DNA from: Octopus vulgaris
Taxonomy: Eukaryota
Direction: 5' to 3'
Length of the DNA stretch: 64,000 nucleotides
Assembly (NCBI GenBank): GCA_951406725.2
Contig: OX597831.1
Location: 33,294,001-33,358,000, forward strand
In this document: positions 31,541 through 44,900 of the stretch, in pieces
How positions within the stretch are numbered: position 1 is the stretch's first letter
Layout: each line of letters begins with the position of its first letter
Position numbers and translations under genes: made by a program
Notes under the pieces: generated by a model
The model's input: the letters and a program-made list of their open reading frames with translations, nothing else
Told to the model about the DNA's origin: nothing
The model's database searches: none

Positions 31541-33889
31541 GTTATATATGTGTGTGTGTATGTGAGTTTATATGTATGTATGTATGAAGTGTTTGAAGTG
31601 GTGTACAGATATTATATATCAAGAAAGAAGGAGACAATCAGCATTTTGGATAATTCTTTATTATTAGCGCATTCGTTCGTTTAAACGAACTCTTCAAGAT
31701 AAGAATTAAAATCAAAATGATAAAAACGAAAAAAAGAGACGGCTTCCTTGTTCTTTAATGTAACATTTTTCTCCTTTTCTAAACAAAGCAAAAAACAAAA
31801 AGACAAGCAAAAAACATCACATAAAAGAACAAGAAAACGGTTTCTTTTCTGATTGCGTCTCACGTTTGATCTTTGACTTCTGGCCGGAATCAGATCGCCA
31901 TGTTGATTCGCTAGCTTCTGCACGCATTTTTTTTTCTCTCCTTGTTTCTCTCCGTGTTTCTTTCCTGTGTATCTTTCTGTTGAAGAGCGCAGGCTCGAAA
32001 CGTAAAAGACTTGTTTTATTTATATTCCTGAGCGCCATACTAATACAATTGTTTGTTTGTATTCCACCTGCCTTCGTCTTTTGTTTATTTTCATAAAGCT
32101 TCCCGTTATATATATATGTCGAAAGTATAAAGATTTGAATAACCCCTATGTTTAACTCCATTTATTTATTTACCTATGTTATTTAAAATTATTTCACCAA
32201 AACCTGGAATTTCTACCTTTACAAGTAGGCTGTTACATCCTTGGTACTTGTGTGAATTTTTGCTACCCTGGTAACTATTTATTTATTCCGTGTTATTTAT
32301 AAACATTGAAAAAATACACATACATTTATACACACACACGCGCGCGCGCATATTTATATTTACATATATATATATATAAATTATTAAGGTGGCTATTGGC
32401 AATTTACAATCTATAGGCAACAAGTATAGTTGAAATACGAGTCAAAACAACTCTTAGCCACGTGAGAGCACTTTACTAATAGCTGACAAGGGAGAAGGCT
32501 CTCTCCCTACGATAAGCGAGATGGAGCGAGAGTTTTATATATATAGATTTCTCAACGGGGATTTCAGGAGAGAGTTTCAAGGAGTCGCTGGCAATGTATC
32601 GTGATGATCAAAAATCCGGCCTGCTAAAATTTGGTTAAAGTGATTCAAACTGCAGACTCAACGCAAAATGGTCACATTTAATTCAAAGCGTTAAAAATGT
32701 TATGAAAACAATTGGTATGTGTACACAATTTACACATGCTTGTACGCGTGGTGAACACAGTTCACGTCAAACAGCTGACTGAGTAAAGTTCACTATTCAA
32801 TGCATGGGATAAGGCCTAAACAAACACATTATCGATTTTTGCACTTGCGAGATGAATTTCGGAACAGAAATAGCGCAGTTCAATTTTCATTCGCCTAAAC
32901 TTTAAGTGACCTATTTTTGGTGGTTCTACGATTTGTTGGCTAGGAGATGTGCCGGGAAGTTAAACACACACACAGATACACAAGTTGAGTTTTATATATA
33001 TAGATATATACATATACTATATATATATATATATATATATACTATATATATGTATGTATGTGTGTATATATATATATATATATATGTTAAGTGAACGATA
33101 TTTTGAAAACAAGTGTTTAGTATTTAATTTCACATATATATTGTGTGTGAGTGTGCACGTGCGTAACTGAGAAACTAAACAGAATTTACGATAAAAATTT
33201 GTACTTTTATTTTGACTAAAATAGCAGTCTTTAGAGCAAAACTCTTGAATGCTGTTCGCCTGCTTTATTACCCCTGACTGTAACTCACTTCCACTTATTT
33301 GTTGTTTTACTCCTTCTTCCCCAAGCACGACCGATGAGACACACATTGCGGTTTATTACACGTAAAGGGTAAAAACACGTTTATTAAATTTGCTTTCCAT
33401 GGTTTCAGGTTCGGTTCCACTACGTAGCATCTTGAGCAAATGCCTTGGGTCAACCAAAGCAGTGTGAGTGGATTTGGTAGATGGAAACTCAAGGACAAAT
33501 GCACACATGCACACATACATACACACGCAGACACGCACGCACACGCACACACACACAAGGAAAAAACAGTTGAAAATGCACTTGGAGTCTTTTAGATGGT
33601 TTATTTTTAAAGGCTTAACCAGTTTCACAGGTTTCTATGATTTACATAGCAAGTTAAGCGAAATAGAAAGGCGTGGGGCTATGGCACAACACGTCAATCT
33701 ATCCCGCTTAACTTTTGAAAATCCTAAAAATCTGTGAGACCTTTAAAAATAAACCATCTAAAAGACTCCAAGTGCATTTAAAAAGAAAAAATGTTCTGGG
33801 GTTTTGTTTGACTAACCTCTTGAGTACAGTGCCCCAGCATGGCCTCAGTCTAATGACCAAAACAAGCAAAAGGTAGAAGATATAATACC

Positions 33890-36764
33890 TAAACATTGGG
33901 GGGGAGAGAGTTAACCAAGATTATCGACCCCAATATTTTACTGGTACTTTGTCTGATGAACCCTGAAGGGATGAATAGTGGAAGTGGCTTAGGTGGGATT
34001 TGAACTCACAATGCAAAGACAGAAGAACTACCATGAGGCTTCGTTTCCAATGCACTCACAATTCTGCCAGTCAACAAACTTAAAAATTAATAATAATAAT
34101 AATAATAATAATCCTTTCTAATAAAGGCACAAGGCCTGAAATTTTGGGGGAGGGGCTAGTCGATGATATTGACCCCAGTACGTAACTGGTACTTATTTCA
34201 TTGACCTTGAAGAGATGAAAGGCAAAGTCAACCTCAGTGAAATTTGAACTCAGGACATAAAGACAGATAAAATGTTACTAAGCATTTTGCCCAGCATGCT
34301 AACGATTCCACCAGCTCTCTGTGTTAATCATCATCATCATTATTTAATGTCTGTTTGCTGGCATGGATTGGACGGTGCTGCACCAGGGTCCATAGTCTGT
34401 ATTGATTGGTTTCTACAGCTGGGTGCCCTTCCTTATGCCAACCACTTTACAGAGTGTACTGGGTGCTTTTTAATGTGCCACCAGCATGTTAATAATAATA
34501 ATAATAATTCTTTCTAATTTCGGCCCAAGGCCAATGGTTCTGTGAGAAGTGGGTGAGTCAGTTTCACTGGCCACAGTACATCAGAGGTACTTCACTTAAT
34601 CAACCCCAAAAGGATGAAAAGCAAGGTTGACCTTAGTAGGATTTGAACTCAGAACATAAAAGAGCCAGAAGAAACATGACAAAGTGTTTTGTCTGAGGTG
34701 CTAACAATTCAACCAGTCCACTGCCCTAAATAGTAACGATGATGATGATGATAAGAGTTACAAATATGTATAATACACAGGAAAATAGTACTGCTAGGCA
34801 TTGCACATATCCTAATGCTCTATGTAGGATGTGCTCTACAATGAGCACTTTTAATATAATAAAAATAACAACACAAAAACAAGCAAAGGCACACAGAGCT
34901 GCACTGAACAAAGGCACACAGAGCTGCACTCATCATCATCATTTAATGTCTGCTTTCTATTCTGGTATGGGCTGGATGGTTTGACTGAGGACTGGTAAGC
35001 TGGGAGCTGCACCAGGATCCAATTTGATTTGGCAAGGTTTCTACAACTTGATGCCCTTCCTAATGTGAACTACTCTGAGAGTGTAATGGGTGTATTTTAC
35101 ATGCCACAAGCACGGGTGCCATTGACCTGACACCAGCACCAGCACCAGCACCAGCCATGGCTACGTTCTCACTTGGGTTGACAGGTCAACACAAGCACGG
35201 TATATCACCAAAGGTCTCAGTCACCTGTCACTGCCTCCATGATATCAAATACTCAAACGATGCTTTTTACGTGGTACCAGCATGGGCGCCAGTCAGACAG
35301 CACTGATATTGGCTACGACTATGATTTCACTCAGCTCAACAGGTCTTTACAAGCAGAACAGATCACAGAACATTTGAAGGGTGCTTTTTACATACCAGTT
35401 ATGCGACACTGGCATCGGCCACGACTATGATCTCACTTGGTTTGACTCAGTAGCGCAATGAAAGCATATAATAAAAACAAGACAAATAATAATAGTAAAG
35501 TTTTCTTTATTTAATAATAATAATAATAATAGTAATCCTTTCTACTATAGGCACAAGGCCTGGAATTTTTGGAGGGTGGTGCTGGTGCAGGTCAATTACA
35601 TCAACCCCCAGTGCACAACTGGTACTTCATTGTTCCTGATAGGATGGAAGGCAGAGTTTGACCGTGGCAGAATTTGAACTCAGAACGAATGAAAAGCTGC
35701 TAAGCATTTTGTGTGACATGCTAATGATTCTGCCAGCTCGCCACAATAAAAATAATAATCATAATAATAATCCTTCCGAGTATAGGCGCAGGGCCTGGAA
35801 TTTTTTTGGAGTGGAAGAGGAGTACTAGTCAGTTACATTGAAACCCCATCCCACCACCCACCCCCAGAGTACAACTGGTACATATTTCATTAACCTTGAA
35901 AGGATGAAAGGCAAAGTCGACCTCGGCAGAATTTGAACCGACAATGTAAAGATGAGATGAGATGCTGCCAAGCACTGCATCTGATGTGCTAAGGACTCTG
36001 CCAACTCAACACCTTAAATAATATTGATTTCAAATTTTGGCACAAGGCCAGCAATTTCGGTGGAGGGGTGGGGGTGAGTCAATTACATTAACCCCAGTAC
36101 TTAACTGGTACCTATTTTATCGACCCTCGAAAGGATGAAAGGCAACATTGACCTCAGCGGAATTTGAACTCAGAATATGAAAACTGGCGAAATGCCACAA
36201 AACATTCTGTCTGGTGCAGTCACAATTCTGCCAGCTCCCCACCTGATTATTATTAATAATTATAATAATCCTTTCCACTAAAGCCACAAGGCCTGAAATT
36301 TGGTTGGGGTGGGGAGAGGTTAGTCAATTACATCAACCCCCAAAGTTTCACTGGTACTTAATTTATCGACCCTGATACAATGAAAGGCAAAGTTGACCTC
36401 TGTGGAATTTGAACTCAGAACCTAGCAACAGGTGAAATACCACGAAGCATTTCATCCAGCTGTGCTAACGATTCTGCCAGTTTGCCGCCTTTAATAATAA
36501 TAATAATAATAAGAAGAAGAATAAAAATAATAAGAAGAATAATAATAGGCCTTTCTGTTATAGGCACAAGGCCTGAAACTTTGGGGGAGGGTGCTAGTCA
36601 ATTTCATTGATCCCAGTGCATAACTGGTACTTAATTTATTGACCCTGAAAGGATGAGTGGCAAAGTCGACCTCGGTGGAATTTGAACTCAGAACACAGTG
36701 ATGGGCAAAATACCACTAAGCATTTCATTCAGCGTGCTAACGATTTTGCCAACTAACCACCTTA

Positions 36765-36805
<41 letters not shown>

Positions 36806-36880
36806 TAATAATGATAATAATAATAATCCTTTCTACTGTAGGCACAAGGCCTGGAATTTGGAAGGAGGAGTTAAGTTGAT
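33890..36880 (-). repeat. Co-oriented cluster of ~9 family-A SINE copies separated by AAT-rich spacers
   Basis: Units near 33895, 34110, 34510, 35535, 35770, 36030, 36270, 36550, 36827. Confidence 0.85.
34755..34930 (+). mobile_element. Decayed 3' end of the first Dong-like family
   Basis: Similar to 1620-1750 (cagaaaat..ctaggca..gcaca.atcct; aaggcacacagagctgc). Confidence 0.55.
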
Positions 36881-36918
36881 TAAATAACAATAATAGTGAT
36901 AATAATAATTAGGAATTA

Positions 36919-36955
<37 letters not shown>

Positions 36956-37177
36956 GTTATGAGGATGAGGAGAAGAAGAGCTTTTATAATAATAAATAAA
37001 ATTTGATTCAAAATATAAAAAGAAATTAAAAGAGTAGCTTGAGAAGAATTATCTCCCTTATAAATTCCTTACAGCATCACGCTCCTTTGTGCAGAAAAGT
37101 GTTATCCACAAACAACAATCAAAACCACACACACACACACACATCAGGTGTATAGTATTGTGTAATACTCATATTCA

Positions 37178-37221
<44 letters not shown>

Positions 37222-37252
37222 GTTTTGTTTCCTCTTCTGCATCGATTCTTCT

Positions 37253-37449
37253 TCATTCGCAATAATTTTCTGAGAGATTCGCCAGTTCGTTAAGACATTC
37301 TTTAAACTCGTCTTCTTCCAGTCCAGCAGCAAGAAACCTATGGAATCGCTTCAGGTTGACCTTCTTGGCCTCTTCGTAGAGCATGCCGACCATCTCGCCA
37401 CTGTCTTTGGTGCTTTGCAAAGAACTCATCGCAGGAACGGTGCTTACAG
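37253..37449 (-). CDS. MSTO1: MSTO1 last coding exon: [11 protein letters not shown]...[10 protein letters not shown]
   Basis: ccag|CT ... TGA; 197 nt, phase 1 start. Confidence 0.93.
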
Positions 37450-37524
37450 CTGGCGGCGGGGAGAAAAACAAAAAAAATAAATAAATAAAAAACATCATTA
37501 CCTAAAATGTCAAAATCATTTCCC

Positions 37525-37555
<31 letters not shown>

Positions 37556-37848
37556 CTACCACTCACCATCCCCACCACCACATCAAATGCTGCTGCCTCC
37601 AGCATCACCACCACCACCACCACCACCACCACCAGTGATGTTCACTGAAGTAGCTCCATCTCCCTCTCTAATGACTTGTCTCTCTCTCTCTCTTACACAC
37701 ACACACTCTTTCTCTCTCTCACACACACTCTCTCTCTCTCACACACACAAACACTTTCTCTTTCTCTCACACATACACTCTCTCTCACACACACTCTTTC
37801 TCTCTCTCTCTCACATATACACTCTCTCTCACACACACACTCTCTCTT

Positions 37849-37879
<31 letters not shown>

Positions 37880-38445
37880 GTCTTTCTCTGACACACATAC
37901 ACACTCTTTCTCTCTCTCTCATTCTTTCTTAGTTAACTCTCACATTTTGTGTTACTCTCCCTCTCTGTTCCAGTAACTCTCTCTCTCTCCACATCTCCCT
38001 GTCCCATCCTCTTCTATTCTTCTATTAGTTGTTTTTCATCCTTAACCCACCACTCACACACACACACACACACATCTGATGCAAGACAGGAAGAACAAGA
38101 AATATAGCAAATAAGAAAAACACCAAAGAAAGGAAAGAAATAATATAAAATAAAAAAGAAAGGAAGGAAGGAAGGGTGGAAGGGTAGAAGGAAGGAAGGG
38201 TGGAAGGGTAGAAGGAAGGAAGGGTGGAAGGAAGGAAGGCTCAATAATGTTACCTTGAAGTGGTGGACGTAACATTGTTGATATGAATCCTTGAGAGGTG
38301 ATGTTTGGTGTGAAAATATGTGGAAATGATGATGCTAAATGGCACGGTGACGACACTGAACAACCAGCACTGAAAGAGAAACAAACATTATACATACAAC
38401 ATCACATATCATACTCTATACATATATACATACATACATATGATG

Positions 38446-38491
<46 letters not shown>

Positions 38492-40408
38492 ATGTATGTA
38501 AGAAAAAAGGAGATGACAAAGGAACAAAATGATCATCTTATGAACTACATTAGCTTACAACTGTTTCTGCTATAATATGCAGTGGACTCGTAATAAAGTG
38601 TGAGAGTAACACCTAATAGCTTCATCAGAGCCTCAGGCCTTCAGCTATGAGTCCGCTGCATCTTATAATGCAAACAGCTGTAAGCTAATGGATTTCGTAA
38701 AATAATTGTTTAGTCCTTTGTCATCTCAATTTCTTATTACTGCTCTCTGCTTGACTAACGGTTCGTTTCTGAGCCACTATGTATTGAGTTCTACAACAGA
38801 TTATTAGTATCGCAATGCCTAAGTGAAATTATAGATACATATATCTATTTCTTTACTACCCACAAGGGGCTAAACACAGAGAGGACAAACAAGTTCAGAC
38901 AAACGGATTAAGTCAATTATATCAACCCCAGTGCATAACTGGTACTTATTTAATCGACCCCGAAAGGATGAAAGGCAAAGTCGACCATGGCGGAATTTGA
39001 ACTCAGAACATAGCAGCAGACGAAATACTGCTAAGCATTTCGCCAGGTGTGCTAACATTTCTGCCAGCTTGCCACCTTAAGATACATACATCATCATCAT
39101 ATATACATACATATATCATCATCATATTATTAGACAGACAGATGGATAGACAATCTGCTCTTGAAAAGAGAAACTTAACTTACTTTAACAATTTCATCTG
39201 AATACCTATAACATCATGCGTATATAACTTAGGAATACGTTTATTATATAACGTATAAAACAGCTGTTGAGATAAAATGTCATAAAATTTTTTTCTTTAT
39301 CTTATAAGCTGTATTTTGTGCTCCAAATCAGTATATGTCTAGAGCCTAACTGTGTTTCTCTAGCCACACTATTTCCATATCAGGATTGCACTTAGATTGC
39401 ACTTTAATGACAAAGCATTGGCCCAGGACGAAGAAGGAGTTTAAATTCAAATCCATTTCAGTCCTATTCTGTATTATATCTATAAGGAACTTTGCTCTCA
39501 CCCACTCACTTGATATCATCATCATCATCATTTAGTGTCTGCTTTCTATACTGGCATGGGTTGGACAGTTTAACTGGAATTGGTAAGCTAGAGAGTCACA
39601 CAAGGTTCCAGTCAGATTTTGGCATGGTTTTCTAAGGCTGGATGCCTTTCCTAACACCAACCACTTCAAGAAGGATATGGGTGCTTTTTACATGTCACTG
39701 GCACAGGTGCCATTTGCATGACACCAGTATCTGCCCCGATGGTGGCTTTACTTGGCTTGATGGATTACGACGTAATGCCAAGGTCTTGGCCATTCGTCAT
39801 TACCTCTGTGAGGTCCAACACTTGAAAGGAGCTTTTCCTGTGCCACCAGCATCGGCCACTTTGCCTCCACGAGGCCTAACACTTGAAAGGAGCCTTTTAC
39901 GTGCCACTGGCATTGGCCACTTTGGCTTCGAGAGGCCCAGCGCTTGAAAGGAGCTTTTTATGTGCCAGTTACATGATACCAGCATTGGCCACGGCTATGA
40001 TCTCACCTGGCTTGACAGGTCTTAAGTGAGACAGATAGACAGATAAAGACATCATCATCATGATCATCATCGTTTAACGTCCGTTTTCCATGCTAGCATG
40101 GGTTGGACAGGTGTACATAGCAAATAAACAGTGTGTATACATGGCTTTGAATCAGTGACTTACTTCAGTGAAGACGGCATCGTTTCCGACAGATAAAGTT
40201 TCAAGACATCGTCGCGTGTGTTACACTGACTCAGCAAGGGAGCGAACTCTGCACTGATGTTGTCTCTGTATCAAGGAAAGACAAACAAGACTTGAAAATG
40301 AAGAATCAACAATAACTGGACAAGGGAGTTAATAAATGACGTGACAGGGGGTCCAAAGTTTTAGTTTTAAAGGGTAAGCATGGAAGGGTACATAGTTCTT
40401 TCTTTTTA

Positions 40409-40439
<31 letters not shown>

Positions 40440-40608
40440 CATATATACATGCATATATATATATATATATACATATATATAATAAACCTTTACATAAATA
40501 AATAACGTGAAATACACGAAGGGACGAACATAACAGACAACGGGTCATTCAAAGCCTTCGTTCTTCAGTCAGAAACTGATTTCTCATCGCAGATTTCGGC
40601 TGTTTAAT

Positions 40609-40646
<38 letters not shown>

Positions 40647-42955
40647 TACACATATATATATATATATATACATACATACATATATATATACATATATCAT
40701 ATATATATATATATATATATCAATACACACACACATATATACATACACACATACACATATATACATACACACACATAAATATATATATATACATACACAC
40801 ACATACTATTATTAATATATAGCAGTGACTCAAAGGGCGAAAGTTTAATGTGTTAGCACTTATCAAACATACATACACACGCACACACATATACATGCAC
40901 ACACATATACATGCACACACACATACACGCACGCATACACACACAGGCACATACACTCGTACACAGCCACACGCGCACTCATACAGGCACGCAAACACCC
41001 AAACACATGCACGCGCGCACACACGTACACACACGCATTCACACGGGCACACACACACCCGCGCACACACGCGCGCGCGCGCGCACACACACACTCAGAG
41101 TATAGGTGCAGACAGAGTTCTACCGTGATCCAGGTTGATACTCACGATTTTGTCATTGAATTGGGGATGCCTCGTAATGTGGTGGAGGTCATCCATGGCT
41201 TTGTTTCGGTATTTACGTAGGGACTGATCGATGTCCAGGGCACCTGGTCCCCCATCTGCATCAGAGACTCAATCAAGGAGCTGTCTTCGCCCAGAGGGAA
41301 CGGTATGGTGCTGCACAGTGCTGCCACCTGCGCCATGGTTGGGTCATGAAAGACAAAACGGAGAAAGTATGCAACATCATTAGCATCATCATCACCATCA
41401 CAACCACCATCATCCAAGTAGGGAGCCTCCGTGGAGACCATTTGATTTGCTAGAAATTGCAGTCAAATCACTCTCAAATCACACACACTTCAATGTTTTT
41501 AAATGGAAAATGAACACACTGATTGATTTAATCCGCGATATACTATGACTGAAAAGAATACAGGAGGCCACGGATGGAACATCTTCCTTCTAGGGTTGAC
41601 AAAAATGTTAGCTGACGGATATTTGCCTGTCATTTCTAGCAGAAAGAAGCAACCTCACAGAATCTCCTTCCTTAGCTCAGTCTTTATGGTGGTCCACTGA
41701 ACAAGGTAGTTAACTCCATGCTATGAGGTCTCATCAGAGTTGTCTCCCTTGTTTTGTTTTTAAGCGATTTTAAGTATCAATAGGAGTTTTTGTTTACTAA
41801 TTACACAGAAAATCTCGGTTAATTTAAGTTCACCATAAAACATTTGGGAGACCTCAGTGCATGTCTTGAGTGCACAGAAGTTACTTCTGAGATTTCTTTC
41901 ACAATCATTGTATATAACTATGCCCCAGTACACCTGGCTGACAAACTGAAACGGTTCCCAGCCCTTAGAGTTACTTGAAAAGTTAGCTGTAGAAAGGATG
42001 ACCAACAGTAAAAAGAAAACAAATTAGCCTCTTGACATGCTAGAAATAACAGCCAAATCTCCTTTAAATCACTCACAACTGTTTTACGTAAAGAAACGAT
42101 ACATTTGATAATGTAATTCTAGACATCACCCTGTTCCTCCTCCACCAAGACAGGATGATCATGGCTGGATTGTACTTGGATCATAATTTTCTAAAACAAC
42201 ATGCTAAACAACATGATCAACAATAAGATTTATAATAAATGTATATTGTGTGTGTGTGTGCGTGTGTATTTATTTGTGTTTGAGGCTGTACAAAGAAAAA
42301 TGCTTTGGTAATATGTATTCATCTAACCCATGCTAGCAAGGGAAAAAAGACAGAAACATGTATTTATATGTGTATGTATGTATACATGTGCTTGTGTGTG
42401 TGTGTGTGTGTATTATTCTTTAAAAATAGTATTGACAGTATCAGCCTTCGTCAGACAGTCTGAAACTTCAAAGTCACTGTCAACACTATTCATACGGCTC
42501 TATATTTAAGAGATGAGGAATTATGTACATTATTTACATCATTTACATTTGACAGATATTTGTCCTCGTGCCTGAGGAGACCTACTGAGTCAAGTACATC
42601 AACATCAAATAAAAATCAAATGGAAATTGTAGTTGTGATACCAGTGCCGGTGGCACGTAAAAAGCACCATCCGAACGTGGCCGTTACCAGCCCACCCCTT
42701 CTGGCAACTATGCTGGTGGCACGTAAAAAGCACCCACTACACTCTCACGGAGTGGTTCGCGTTAGGAAGGGCATCCAGCTGTAGAAGCACTGCCAGATCA
42801 GACTGGAGCCTGGTGCAGCCCCCTGGCTTCCCAGACCCGGTCAAACCGTCCAATCCATGCTAGCATGGAAAACAGACGTTAAACGATGATGATGGTGATG
42901 ATGATCTTGTTTGTTGTTAACACAATGTTTTGGCTGATATATCCTCCAGCCTTGA

Positions 42956-43002
<47 letters not shown>

Positions 43003-43648
43003 TCACTGCTTGGAATCGAACTTATAATAATAATAATAACAACATTGAAAAATACCTTACGAATGAGAACCCATGTTCGAAATCTCCCCAAGACACCTGA
43101 TGAAGGCAGGAGGGTATATTAGCCGAAATGTTGTGTTAACAACAAACAAGATGAGGACAAATATCCGTCAAATGTAAATAATTCATGTTTAAGAATAATA
43201 AATCTGTACTCTACAAAAAAGTACTGAGTAATCTTTCAGTTTAATGTAGAATTGTTTTGTGTCATAACATAAAACACACACACACACATCTATCATCTCC
43301 ATCATCATTGTGTAACATCTGCCTTCCATGCTGGCATGGGTTGGACGGTTTGACAGGAGCCAGCAAAGTAGAAGACTACCCCAGGCTACTGTGTCTGTTT
43401 TGGCAGGGTTTTTACAACTGGATGCATTTCCTAACACCAACCACCCTACAGGGTGGACTAAGTGCTTTTTACATGGCACCAGCAGAGGAGAGGTCAGTTT
43501 TGGTATGGATTTTACAGCTGGATGCCCTTCCAGATGCCAACCACTTCACAGTGTGGACTGGATGCTTTTTACGTAGCACCAGCACTGGCAGGGTCACCAA
43601 GTAACTTGCAAAACAAGGAATTTTGGGTTCTAGTTTAACATACATTGT

Positions 43649-43686
<38 letters not shown>

Positions 43687-44869
43687 ATGTATGTGTGTGC
43701 TGTGGAAGCACAATGGCCCAGGGGTTAGGGCAGTGGACTCGTGGTCGTAGGATCGTGGTTTCGATTCCCAGACTGGGTTTTGTGAGTGTTTATTGAGCAT
43801 AAACACCTAAAGCCCCATGAGGCTCCGGTAGGGGGTGCTGTAGTCTTTCACTACAACTTTCTTTCACTCTTTCGTCCGGTTTCTGTTATACCTCTATTTC
43901 AAAGGGGCCAGCCTTGTCACACGCTGTGTCCCGCTGAATCTCCCTAAGAACTACGTTAAAGGTACACGTATCTGTGGAGCACTCAGCCATTTGCACGTTA
44001 ATTTCATAAGCAGGCTGTCTGTTGATCGGATCAACTGGAATCTTCGTCGTCATAACCGACAGAGCGCCGCGAATGTGTGTGTGCTAGCATTGCAAAAACA
44101 AACATATAAAACAAACAAACAAATGAAACTGATCATTCAAACAAGATAGCTGACATAGAATATAAGATGGGATGGTCTTGGGTGGAATATCTTTGATCAC
44201 ACGCTTTGTTCAACTGGGTCTGATACACCAGAACTGATAAGGCTACACAACAACAACAATAGTAATTATCACAACCCTTACCTTGCGGCTCATTGAATTG
44301 AACGAATGACTGATGTCTTTCATATGGGTCTGTTTGTCACGTAATCTGTATGGCAAGGTACACGTGTCCAGGCTGGCTGCCAGGATAGCACTGCCATGGT
44401 AATCGAGGTGAGGCTGTGAAAGGGTCAAGAAAAAAATATAAATAAAATAATGTAAAAGAAACACAATCAATATCATCATCATCATCCTCACCATCATCAT
44501 CACCATCACCATCATCCTCACCATCACTTTCATCCTCATCACCATCACTGTCCATATCTTCCTCCTCATCATCATCATCGTTATAAGGTATTTATTCCAG
44601 TTTTCATCTGTTCCTTTTGCTTTACCAATGATGACGATGATGTCAACAATGGTGATGATTATGCTGATGGTGATGGGTGGTGTGGTGTGGTGGTGGTAGC
44701 AGTAGTGATGATGGTGGTGGTGGTGGTGGCGTTATGATGACGGATGTGGTGACAATGATGATGATATGATAATAACAACAACAACAGCAATGATTATGAT
44801 GAGGGTGTATATAATGATGTGCATATTGATGATGTATATGCGAGCATGTGTATATATAAGTGCAAAAAA

Positions 44870-44900
<31 letters not shown>

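Noticed and set aside
33890-36880. CRISPR-like repeat-spacer array
   Set aside because: Units are ~200-bp diverged SINEs in eukaryotic DNA; no cas genes or short identical repeats.
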